From Bugula neritina (Eukaryota; Animalia; Bryozoa), in NCBI GenBank assembly GCA_964035545.1, contig OZ037765.1, positions 19,840,995 to 19,904,994 on the forward strand: a stretch of 64,000 nt of DNA, given 5' to 3'. Position 1 is the stretch's first letter, and every line of letters begins with the position of its first letter. The position numbers and the translations under genes are program-made. Under the pieces are notes generated by a model. It worked only from the letters and a program-made list of their open reading frames with translations. It did not search any database and had not been told where the DNA came from. Below are positions 38,631-63,064 of the stretch, in pieces.

Positions 38631-41600
38631 CTAAGACTTGAGTGTTTGAGACATGTGAAGCGCGCTCAGCATCATGGCGAAGGCACAACCCTCCAGGTTG
38701 GCTCCTCTCAGATTAGCGTCCAGAAGGTCACAGCCTGAGAGGTCACAGTTCTCCAGGTTTGAGCCGGCTAGTATAGCGCCCCGCAAGTCACAGTTACGTA
38801 GATTACTGTTCTTCAGTGTAGCTACTCGTAGGTTTACACCAGCCATGTGACTACCTTCTAAGTTCACCTCTTTTAGATTAGCTCCTAAAATACCATCCAT
38901 AATGCAGCATTACGTTCCATCTCTCATCAGCTTAAATACCATATATATATATTGCATTGGTGGCCAACTATAGGCCTACTAACTAATTGACTATTTATTA
39001 TGTATTAGCAATTTTCACACATTATATATAAGTTATTCTTTTTACTCCTGATGAGAAGTTCAAAACTGTAGGTATATACAAGATGCAACACAATTCTATT
39101 TAAACTTTGAAAGCACAGGCTTATTGTAACTACGGCACCTATTCTATAAAAAAAATCCAGATTATGACAAACAAAGCTCTCAAACTACTTTATGATCAGA
39201 GAATGTTACCTTCCATGTTGGCTCTACTGCCAGAAGGATCTTCAAAATTACATCCCTTCATAGATGCACCTTCCAATTGAGCACAGACCAGCTTGACTGC
39301 CATCATGTTAGCTCCCTGCAAACCAAGCAAACAATATAACAGCTCAATTGCTATACACTGTCAAGCGAAAGTAGCAAACTGCAAGCAAATATCATTTAGC
39401 GCCAGGTACTAAGTCTAAAACTGTTGCAGAACTTGAGCCGAGTGAGCAAATTCGAGACCAAGTGTAAACATGTCAATTGGAAACAAGAATATTTTCAGGA
39501 TTACTTGTGCTTACGTTTCAGCTGAATATTTTTACTAAGGAAGTGATAGAAAAACAAGCATATATGCTATCCTGAATGACTTAAATTAGTTTTAAAATAT
39601 ACTTAGTAGGTACATTTTTCTGTAAAAATGAGTTGATTAGTTTATATCATGTGGCAAACTATAAAAGTGTAGTGAAAAATAATAAAAATCCATTTTTATT
39701 GACCCAAGTTTTACTGTTGAAACGGCAGGTCTAAGTTATTGGAATCATCTCCACCATTCAACGAATGCATCGAAATGCTGCAAATGTATTGATATTAGTT
39801 GTGATTTATATCTCAGCAAATGGTTACGCAATACTTGAAGTAAAGAGCAATAAATAAGTAATATGATATATGAGAGTATTGAAAGTAGTAACCGGGAGTT
39901 GTATGCACATCGTAATTACTCACATCTAAACAAGAGTTACTGAGGTCGGCTCTCTCAAAGTTCACATGAGATAAATTTGCACCAGCAAGGTTGGTGTCAC
40001 TCAAGTTGGCATATTTGAAGTTGATGTTACGGAGATCTAGTTTAGATAGATCAGCTCCGCTAAAGTTCAGCCCCTACAAAACAAATACCACATACAAAGC
40101 TATTCAATTTATACACTTTTGCATCTTAAATACCCATTGCTTTGAAAAATCACATTTGAGCTTTTAATAATAACTGTACTGCATATGCCAATAGAGGGGT
40201 TTCAAACATCCCTCTAGAGGAATTTGTATTTTAAAGTTGTCTCCCCCTAAAGGTATTGGGGGCAGTCTTCATAATATATAGAAGGCCCATAAAATAAGTA
40301 GAAATGTAAGGTTTGAGTGAAGACTACTACTAGTATAAGTTTCATTTTTTCTGAGATTAATATTTTGGCATAAGTACACATATGAGCAGTTTCAAAAAAT
40401 TTTTAAAAAATTTTGTTAATGATAAATGGCACAAAAACAAAACTTCAAAGCATATTTGTGGTTTTGGTTATTGAGCAAATCTGAAGCTGGCAGCTGTCAT
40501 TATTATTTGCTTTGCTGACTGTAACCAGTCTGTTTAGAGCTGCTAACCTTTCAACTCTTAGAACAATAATAACATGCTCGTAGACTATATAGCTGCACTA
40601 GTGGGCTCTGTCTTACTGAACTCCAAATGCTCCAAATTATGGGTTGGAACACATGCCAGTACGTTTATGAAGGCACTGGCTCATTTGTATTAACATGTTC
40701 ACGTACTTACACACCTATACTATAAAAATAACTAAGCCACCCTACTATCTAATATTTCTATATATCAAAAAAATTATTATAAATATAAAGATATGTATTA
40801 AAATAGATAGATTAAATTTGTAATTTCAAACAACATCTTATCTAAAAATGCTAAACACTGTATAACTATATATATGTTTTAAAAGCATTTGTTTTCATGG
40901 CATGCCTGCAAGTCAATGAAAATATTTAGAGAACAGTAAAAAGAAGCATATAAATTTTCGAATAGTTTCTTTTTTTCTGACATAAATATTTTGGAAATGT
41001 CCCACAATCCAACATTTAAATTAAGTCTGTAAAAAAAATTTCACAGTGTATTTTCAATAAATAATTATTCTTGCAAGCTGTTGGTATACCAACATTCCTA
41101 ATACAGAAATGTTTTTGGAGCATTGTAAATTATATACTGCTGCATTGCAGAAAAAAAATCATCAAAAAAAGCACTTTTCAGCCAAAGCAACTTGGCTTGT
41201 TTCCAAAAAAGAGTTGAAATGTACATTTAGTACCAGCTGTAAAGTATAGAAAGAACGAACTATGTCATAATGACTGCATTCTTATGACACTAATGAAATT
41301 AAGATTGGCTTTACTCCATACGGGTCTTGCTCAAAGGTGGAGTTTTAAATAATGCTACAAAGTTTCACTAAATTCCCAGATAATACTTTTTATATCAAAT
41401 CATTTGGCTTTGCTGATTTAGCTATATTATGTACATTTTGTACTTATTTATCTCTAAGTCAGTTTTCAGCCATATATTTGACCACATTGCTATACTTCCT
41501 TTGTGCCAGCATTCTCTCCTTTATATTTTTTCTGTGGTTTCTAATAATTTTCAGTGGTATATTACTGTATGTAAACCACTGAGCTGAAATAGCTTAATAA

Positions 41601-44600
41601 TTATTGAGTTTATTGATGTAAACTATGTGAACCATCAGGCTATCTCTTATACAATGCATGCTGCTATAAGAATAACAGCAGCTGTTTTGTATTCAATCAA
41701 CCTCGGTGCAAGAATTTTGTTTGCTTGAAGCTCTCTGTTGAGTAGCTGTCTTTCTATATTACATAACTGCTTGTTCAAGAAAGTGCACGATGAGAACTGT
41801 CCAACTTTAGCTGTCTAACTTAAATTACATTATATAGGATTACATCACTACATAATAAGCTGATTAAACAGCACATATAAATCGGCCAAAAACACCACAC
41901 ACTTGACTAGCTCTAGTTTGACTCATTTATATTTCGAGTTTTTCACATTACTTGAACATGCCGTAGCTAATTTGTTGCATTATTTTTTATCCATACATGT
42001 AATACAAAGATTTAGTATATTATTTTTTTAAGTTTGGATCGTCTACTAGGCAGGTATCGCAGATATTTAATCAGACTGTGAAGTTGCATAGAGAAGTTCT
42101 AAATCTAATGATAGTATTTTATCAACACACGAGGTTAATAAAACAATTCCACCTCAATGAACTTTGACCTAGTTAACTAGACCACTGTAAAATGGCATGC
42201 CAGAACAAACGCAAACCAGCTTGCAAGAATAATTATTCATTGAGAATACACTGTGAAATTTTTTTTACAGACTTAATTTAAATGTTGGATTGTGGGACAT
42301 TTCCAAAATATTTATGTCAGAAAAAAAGAAACTATTCGGAAATTTATATGCTTCTTTTTACTGTTCTTTAAATATTTTCATTGACTTGCAGGCATGCCAT
42401 GAAAACAAATGCTTTTAAAACATATATATAGTTATACAGTGTTTAGCATTTTTAGATAAGATGTTGTTTGAAATTACAAATTTAATCTATCTATTTTAAT
42501 ACATATCTTTATATTTATAATAATTTTTTTGATATATAGAAATATTAGATAGTAGGGTGGCTTAGTTATTTTTATAGTATAGGTGTGTAAGTACGTGAAC
42601 ATGTTAATACAAATGAGCCAGTGCATTCATAAACGTACAGGCATGTGTTCCAACCCATAATTTGGAGCATTTGGAGTTCAGTAAGACAGAGCCCACTAGT
42701 GCAGCTATATAGTCTACAAGCATGTTATTATTGTTCTAAGAGTTGAAAGGTTAGCAGCTCTAAACAGACTGGTTACAGTCAGCAAAGCAAATAATAATGA
42801 CAGCTGCCAGCTTCAGATTTGCTCAATAACCAAAACCACAAATATGCTTTGAAGTTTTGTTTTTGTGCCATTTATCATTAACAGAATTTTTTAAAAATTT
42901 TTTGAAACTGCTCATATGTGTACTTATGCCAAAATATTAATCTCAGAAAAAATGAAACTTATGCTAGTAGTAGTCTTCACTCAAACCTTACATTTCTACT
43001 TATTTTATGGGCCTTCTATATATTATGGAGACTGCCCCCAATACCTTTAGGGGGAGACAACTTTAAAATACAAATTCCTCTAGAGGGATGTTTGAAACCC
43101 CTCTATAGCCGTGGTCTAGGGGTTAGAACACTGGCTTAGTAAGCACGAAGTTACGGGTTCGAACCCCAATAAAGGCCATTGATGTTAGGGAGAGCATCTA
43201 GTAATAATAGCTCCTGTGCCCAATCTGAATAAGTCCTTAGCCCAATTAAAAAAAAACCCTTCCCATCAGGGGTTCGCGCAGGGATGGTGACTATAAACTT
43301 ATCTGAGCTTTTATATGACAAAATTGTAAAAGACCGCAAAGCATCTGAGACTCAGTGCCAATAAACTACTTGAAGAGTTAAACTTAGAGAAACTCCATAC
43401 CTGGCAGCGAAGTTCACAGTTGGAAGGAGTGGTCATGAGTGAGAGGGAGATCTGGTGGCGGGTGAGAGGAGTGTAGTCTGTCGGCTTTACATTCAGCTAA
43501 ACAATACAATCAACTGGTTGAAAGTATTTAGTTACAGTTCTCACATAAAAACTCTTTAGTTATCTTTTTAAATTAGCTTAGGGCCACACGACGCGATTTA
43601 GACATGCCACACACAATGCGTGTGTTGCGAGTGCAGAAATTTATTAGCTAATGATGTTAGTGTTAAACTTTACTGCCCGCCTAAAGACGTTTGTTTTTAA
43701 AACTACATCATCGGCAAAGTGACTTTAGATATTATAAAAACGAAAATTTTTATGCAAACTATATAAAACTATTTTAATTCAGTTCGATAAAAGCTAAAAC
43801 GTGAATTAAAATAAAAAGGTGTGCTCGCTGAATGATAATAAGCCAATTAGATCAAACACGCATGAGCTTGCCGCACTTCTTGCTCAGCATGTTAGACGCA
43901 TGAAAATCCTGCACACAACGTCCCATTTTTGGGCGAAGCCTAGGGCCACACGGCGCGTATTTTCGCATGCGAAAATTGAAATCACAAGTAGCAAAGGTGT
44001 CCACTGTGCGCGTTGAGAAAACATTCGCACTTGTCGCTCAGCATTTTCAACGCAAGTGCGAATCGTCTCTGTCGTCGTCACCTAATTGGCTGGTAGTTAT
44101 TCAGCGAGCCCAATTTCTTTATTTTAGTGCTACATTCCAGTAAATTGCGTTTTATTGAAAGCGAGTGCGATTTAAAAATGAAAGCTTTATTTATCACGCA
44201 TCACTGACGCTACAGTGGACACCTTTGCTACTTGTGATTTCAATTTTCGCATGCGAAAATACGCACAGTGTGGCCCTAGGCTAAATGAGTTTTCTCGCAC
44301 GTCACGCGCGTGTAAACCGCGTCGTGTGGCCCTATGCTTAATCAGCCAAGTTTTCTGTCTACTAACCGTTATCTGTTAACTTTTTTTTAATACAAGTTAA
44401 AAAATAAAACGGTTTTTACAAGATTAGATGTCTAGAGCCTAGGTCTAAAAATGACGCTGCATACTGATGTTAAGCCAGATGAGGGGCAAGCCATGTTTTT
44501 ATTGATTAGATTTGTCTACCTGCTGGTTTTTAAAATACTTGTGAAGCAGCAATAGTAAAACATATCAATTGTAATGGAGCAAGACATTTCACAGCAATAA

Positions 44601-47422
44601 TAGCGATGCGACATGCATGGAGGGCACAACTCTCAAAATGACAAACTGAGTAAAATCAAGTTTAAAACAGTAGAAGATTTTTTGTAACTTGAACTAACTA
44701 GTGGATAATTACCACACATGAAATTATAGATCTGCTGGCACAAGATTATAAACATCTGGTTATAACTTAATAAGTCAACAGTAGAGAAAATTTGTAAAGT
44801 TCATGAAGTAGAAAAAAGTTGTTGGCATTATAAAAAGCCTCCAATTTTTCACACTGACTATTTAAATAGCTTGTAAGATATACCTAATAAAGTATATCCG
44901 GTGTATTTTAAGTTACAAAATATTTTAGAATCATAATTTCTAATCATTAAACTTTTATGTAAAATTTATATTCTTTTTGGATTAAAAAGAGAATAAAAAA
45001 TTATTGTAGAAAATATTTTAACATAATCACTGATACTTGATGCATTGTTTAAATATTAGGTAACTGTAAAGCTACACAATGCAAAATAATCAGCTACAAC
45101 AAAGTTATTCTTTCCAAATATAACCAGTCCAATAATCTTATTTTTTGACACAGAAATTGTTTTTTTTGTCAATAAAATAGCTTTAGTTTAAAATCTCGAT
45201 ACATAAAAACTGAGGTATTTTCTTGCACAAGCTACTAAATTTATATAATTGAACTAAATGTGAGGTGATAGATTTACTAAGTGACATATCGACCGTTACC
45301 TGCACCATTTGTTCCAGACGAGGTTGAATTGACATGATGCCAAAGAACTTAGCCTCTTCGAGGACACCGGCAGGATTGACTGAGTCATCAATAATGAGCT
45401 GACCGTGTCTGAGATAATTTAGTATCGGCAGGAAGTACTGGGCGGGCCGGTCTATCAGGTATGCTCCTGTCTGGTCAACACGGCTAAACCACTGGTTGTC
45501 TGGCATATAGAAGAATTCTATTAGTTGTAGCACAATCTACTGTATCTTACAGTTCATTCACACAGATAACTCATATCAAACAGCCTACATGAAACATTCA
45601 TCAGAAGGAACAAACTTTAGTTTAGAGTTAAAAAATTTATAATCAAGCAATTTATCGTTGAACCTCACCATACTAGTTGGGTTTTCCCTTCAGAGGTGTG
45701 TTAGTATATGTGGTGTTTGTAAACACTACTAACTAAATTACATAAATTTAATGTGTATTATCAACACCTTGATAATTCAACTGCACTTTTTATACAAGAA
45801 CTATATAAAGTATATATTTAAAAATTATTTTACTTCATCAATAGTAATTACAAAATTTTTCAGTAAGTTACGAAAAATTAACCTCTCAAACTGTATAATA
45901 ACATGGCTAAAATGGGTCAGCTATGAAAGCAGAAACAACCACTGCACTGCATACCTTCAGATTGTGAAAACATTGTGGCAAGCATGCTACCAGGTTCCTT
46001 TTTAGTTAATGTGTCTTTAGTGGTGGTGACATGGACACCCCCAATATTCAGCGTGATGAAATCCTGATTCCGGGTACGTGCTAGCCCATTGCATCCTAAT
46101 TAAATTTACAATACTGCAATGAACAACAGAAAAGTTGCCTAAAATATTATGATAATGAAATACACGGAGAGTAAATGCACTTAAATTTGAGAAGTATTGT
46201 ATTAAACCAAAAGTCATAGCAGCAAAAACAGTATCTGACCAAGCATCATCTAGCAGTATTAGCTTAGCAATAATAATTTTCAATGGCTTTACAAGCCTCA
46301 TGAATTACATGTATACATACATGCTTGTCAGGTATAATTTCATCTCTCAGAAAACTATACAATAAGATATCTTATAAAACCCGAAACGAGTCATCCTTAT
46401 AAGAGTTACTTTGACAACCAATAAAAATTAACACCAGTTTTACAAACTACAATTACTAGATGTTATTTTACCTGCAAACAGTTCTGTAAGACTAGAGCCC
46501 ACGTATACTGTATCGTCATCTCTGCAATATACAGAGGGAATATTCTTATATCAAACATGGAAATACTCCAATAATGAATTTATTTACCACGACCTATAGA
46601 TAATGTAGACTATATGATTGCATGCAAATATATTGAGTAGAAACATTAAAATATTCATTAGGCATATCACCAATATCATAATTTGATAAAATTATTTATG
46701 CATCTAATTCATATTTCTGTTAGAATGTATTAGAAACTCTGCCAATACAATATATTCAAAGAGATTACACATTCAACTTTGAGTAAAGTTAACGACTACA
46801 TTTAATAAACTAAAGATACACATTTGTGAAGAGTGAACTAGTAAGAGTTCCAATACCTGAGTACATCTACACCGAGAACTCGGGCACCTTGTTTATTGTA
46901 CATAATCTGTACGGTAGAAACATCTAGTTTACAGGCTATAGTTTCCATCAGCTCAGAAAAACTTGATGATTTGGATAATGATAACACCTGAAATTTGAAT
47001 GAAAACTTATTTATGCGATTCGATAGAATCATGTGCATGTGGTATTACTATACGTGTGCACAGCTATAACCGCGACTAAACCATCGAACATAATGTTTAT
47101 AAGCAGATCTCATTTTTGCTGCCTCGGTAGCTAATGATGTGTGAGTTAATACAGTTAAATATAGCAACCAAACCAGACAATATTTCTCAATCTTTGCTAC
47201 TAAAAGAGTACAAGCATTTGGTGCAAGTTGCTAATATAAACTCTTTATTTGTTACAGAATTTGCTGAATTATTAAAAATTTACTAGTTGAGACTCGCAAC
47301 AAATATGTCATGTGATAAGATTATTTCATTCATTATTGGTATAAACTTTAAAAGAGTTTTCTTACACATGACTTTGAATGGTCACCATTTTTGAAAACAT
47401 TTATTCGGATAGGATTTTCCAT
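38631..47422 (-). CDS. KCTD9: BTB/POZ domain-containing protein KCTD9 (KHA + BTB + pentapeptide repeats), ~394 aa
   Basis: Minus-strand exons 47422-47366, 46987-46857, 46521-46472, 46095-45955, 45499-45300, 43496-43401, 40073-39924, 39315-39210, 38884-38631. Motifs [68 protein letters not shown]-terminal LHMSQ. Confidence 0.96.
40191..43106. mobile_element. Foldback-like non-autonomous DNA element with ~890 bp terminal inverted repeats, in KCTD9 intron
   Basis: 40191-41080 (ATAGAGGGGTTTCAAACATCCC...) is the near-exact reverse complement of 42217-43106 (...GGGATGTTTGAAACCCCTCTAT), with only scattered substitutions; 1136 bp spacer. Confidence 0.88.
43107..43320 (+). mobile_element. tRNA-derived SINE-like element (tRNA-Thr(AGT)-like head); 3' boundary uncertain
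   Basis: GCCGTGGTCTAGGGGTTAG (A box), TTAGTAA loop, GGGTTCGAACCC (B box). Acceptor and anticodon stems do not pair well; a non-tRNA body follows. Confidence 0.6.
43581..44332. mobile_element. MITE family B, outer element (GGGCCACAC termini) containing a nested relative
   Basis: TIR GGGCCACACGACGCG...CGCGTCGTGTGGCCC, flanked by TA on both sides; CpG-rich relative to the host DNA. Confidence 0.8.
43943..44276. mobile_element. MITE family B, nested inner element
   Basis: ~65 bp TIRs GGGCCACACGGCGCGTATTTTCGCATGCGAAAATTGAAATCACAAGTAGCAAAGGTGTCCACTGT and its reverse complement; TA on both sides. Confidence 0.85.
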
Positions 47423-50400
47423 GCCTATGAGCTGTCACCATGTGGAGCAGGGGATGGTCTACAAAACAAATTTTTAATCATCATGTTAATAAATATTTGA
47501 GAAGCTCTTTTGATAAACAAAAACATGCAAGGAAAGTGAAAGAAACATTAAATAATGGAAATTGCATTAGGCAATTAAATTCCATACACGTATTATCACT
47601 GATACTAATAGAAATTTGAAGTGGAACTAATAATACAAATATAAATATAATATGTGATTATATATACATAAAATATATATTAGATTATAATATAAAAGAT
47701 TAGCTCAGCATTATTTAGACTGCCGCACTTTTGTTCTCAGGGGTGCAGTAGAGATTAGTGAGTAAATCAAACCTATCATTTTTATTTAAACAACACCTGA
47801 TAGCTATAGCCCTCAAAAGACTGTCTAGCATGGCTTAAGGTAAAAGTAATAGCTGCCTGAACACCTTCACCATTACGGTTTACACGTTACAGTGATAATA
47901 AACCAACAAATGTGAGTAGAAACAAAATCAATACAATATATGTATTTAATTATAATATATGACTAAATATATTGATATTACCTAATTGGAATACTATAAA
48001 TAATAATTACAAATGAATACAGCACCATGAGCACTGGTAATCCCAGAAGAGCCGTGGGTTCTGTACTTTGCATCAACTGCCTACACGCCATGTTAACATA
48101 GCTCTAGGCACAGCTCATAGCCTGGCTAAGAACCTTTACTACTAGACAGTTATTAATATTAGGGCTGTAACAGGAATTGTGAATTTTAACAAATACCAGG
48201 GGTTTTTAAAAAATAAATAAACGGTAACACTGCAAGTCCTATGATACTGGAAAAAGTAAAATTGATTACATTTAATCACAATATAAATATTAATAATAAC
48301 CATTATTTTATAGTTATATATATGATTATATGTACTAAGTACTTATATTTATAGTACTCCTATAGCCATAGGCTATTACTATTAGTATTAGTATCAAATC
48401 AATATGTATTATTGTATATTTTTAAGCGTAAGACTAAGAGCAGGAGTAAGACTAACGCTGATAGTCATTCTCACAGTGATGCTCATACTCATAGTCATAG
48501 TGATACTGATAAGATTAAGTGAAACTCCAAGTTTATCATTATGATTATGATCATCAATATGAATATCATTAATAATAATAAGACTCCTTATGATAATGAT
48601 TATCATTAAGGTATGATAATCATAACGAGACTATGAGCAAAAAAACAAAAGTAAGTGTACTATGATTATTAATTATCTTTTTAATGGCGCAGAACAAGTT
48701 AGAGAATAAGTAGAAGTCTATTTTAAACGAGTAGATCTACCCAATGAACATAAATTTTATAAATACATTTCTATAGTATTTATAGGTTTTAATAATAGTC
48801 ATAATTATTCAATTTTGCTGTGATAGGTCTAGAGGAGTATGGAAATCACACTGATTGGCTTTCTCTTTGTTGTCAACTCATTGTTAAGGACAAGCACTAA
48901 TTTAATAACATGTCATATTAAGATTTTTAGTGAAGAGATCATTGTTAAAACCCTAGACCTAGAATCTTCAACATAGATACCGAAGAATTTTGTAATATCT
49001 GTATTGTAGCTGGAGCTCCTACCCCATACTCATAGCGTATAAATTCAAGTTGGGATTTGTAGGCTCGTTGAGTACTATTGAAGATCTAGGTTGTGGTTGA
49101 AGAACACAGCTATGAAGCATGAAGACTGGAATATTTCACTAGCAGTATCTGGAACAGCAACGATTATAAATATTTATGAAATTGAATAATTTGTTGTCAC
49201 TGATATCAATTTGCCCCTTTATTGTAATATCAATATAAATATAGTTATTATTTAATATATTAATATTTAATTTTTATTTTATAAGATTTAAAAATTAAAG
49301 TTTAACTTTAACTTTAAGATACTGATAGTGATGGTATTAATTAATATAAATATTATTATTATCATTATGATATTGATTATAATTTTGTATTATGCTTAAC
49401 TGAGACTCTTATCAGTTATTTAAGTGATAAGTATTAGTAACCCTTACCTCTTACACTTAGTCTTACACTGTGGAGTTACACTTACAGGTACACTAACAGT
49501 AACACTGTCTGAGTAACACTCTAAGTAACTGTAAGTGAGTAACTCAAACTGTTTCTGTAAAAGTATGAGTATTCCCACATTCACACTGATGACCGATACA
49601 GCTGATGCTCATACTGATAGGGATACTGATATTCATACTCTTAACGAAGTGATAGTGATCCTGAATCAGTAATTTAAAGACTATTAGTATTACTATAACA
49701 TTATGTTTCTGATTCAGTTTAACTATCTATCACTATCACTTATCAGTATTACTATGACTAAGTATAATGACTAATGACTAACCATTATCAGTAAATATAA
49801 TCACTAACAGTAAGTGTAACTATTAGAATAATACATACTCTAAGAGTAAGTAGTAGTGCTACTACTAGTACTAGGGTTTTTCACTAGATATTATAACTAT
49901 AAACAGGCACTAGTAATAGTTATAGTAGTAGATATTAAACTGATTCTGAGACATAAACATAAGAGTTGAAGCTGACTAATACTATTGCTATTAGTTTGGC
50001 TATTAGTCATCGTAATTACTGCTTTATGCTTTACAGCATAGTTGGTTAATAAATTTAGATTAAGAAATACATTATCTATTTGCAATATTTATTTGTATGG
50101 GTTCTCTGCAGGCTACTATTTCATATAGTGATAAAACAATAAGTTTGTTATAATTTGACTTATATTTATTCTTGATCCAAATTAAGGTGCAGTGGAAGTT
50201 TCAATGTAGGTTACAATTTTAGGTACATACTTTTAATAATTATTAATTAGTGAATTAATTATATATCTATTCTTTGCTAAAGAGACCAGGAGTTGCTTCA
50301 CTTTTATTTAGAGGCCGGTGTTGTTGTAGGCATGGTATATATTGTATTGTATTTTACTCAACTCAATCAAACAACCCCAACTTGGGTAAGCCAAACCTGA

Positions 50401-51497
50401 ATGCTGTGTTGTTACTAAACTAGATGATTTAATTTCCCTTTTACTTGTTGAATGAGCTAACCAACATAGAATCTGCAACCAGAGCAGTTGTGTTATTTTA
50501 TCCAAGCATAAAAATATTGTTTATTTGTGTTGTTTTATCATTAATATCAACTGAATGAAATAATAAGTAGGCTATTGAAGCATCTTTTTTGAGTAATGAC
50601 CCTATCCGCCCACACCTCTCAGCTTCATTGCTTTAAACTTAGTTGCTGTATTTCATTTGCTATATGCTGTATGTATAAAATTATATGTTCTAACAAAATT
50701 TCAGTAACGTAAAAAAATTTCAAAGCGTATCCTATTTGATAAGGTTTACACACAAAGATTTTGTGTGTTTTTGATAATGATTAAATGTACATTCTATTAA
50801 ACTTGAAGTTTATTTGGTTTTAGGTTGGAAGTTTTAATTTTGTAGTAATTGTTTAAGACAGCTATAATTTTAAGGACACTGTGATTTCATTTAAAGATTT
50901 AATGTTTAAATTTTTAGCTCTCTATTGACTTTTAGTTGAAAATTTATTCAGTAGTTATGAAACAAGTACCCTTATAATAAAGTGGTTTTAATTTTGATTG
51001 TAATATGGTATCATTATGAATATTTATTTTTTTCTTATTTTGTAGTGAAATGTTACGTTAGTTATTCTTGTTATTATTATATACATGTTGTAATCATTTT
51101 CAAGAGAAGTTTTATAACTCTGTTTCGTATTCATTAATGAGTTTAGACTCTAACACTCTACTAGCAATCAGTTTGTATTTCAATGGTCAGGATTGACATT
51201 TATTTTAAGTCAATAGACCCTATTTTTCAATTTTATTCCTGGTTAAATTTGTTATGGAGTTTTCAGAGTCTAATTGGGTAAGAGTTGAAGAAGAAAAATT
51301 CATTTTGTATACCTTTTCTGGCCTTAGTGGTTCATGTGTTATAAATATGTATTCGCTGGCACAATGTTGATACTGAATGCTAGATTTTTGCCGATGAATT
51401 TTACTATTTTTAATTTCTTTTCTTTTAATATAGTTGGTTGTCTGCACAATACTGGAGATTAGGTTAAGCACTGTACACTGGGAACCTTAGAGCACTT

Positions 51498-63064
<11,567 letters not shown>

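Noticed and set aside
43107-43180. Functional tRNA-Thr gene
   Set aside because: Acceptor and anticodon stems are mispaired and no poly-T terminator follows; treated as a SINE head.
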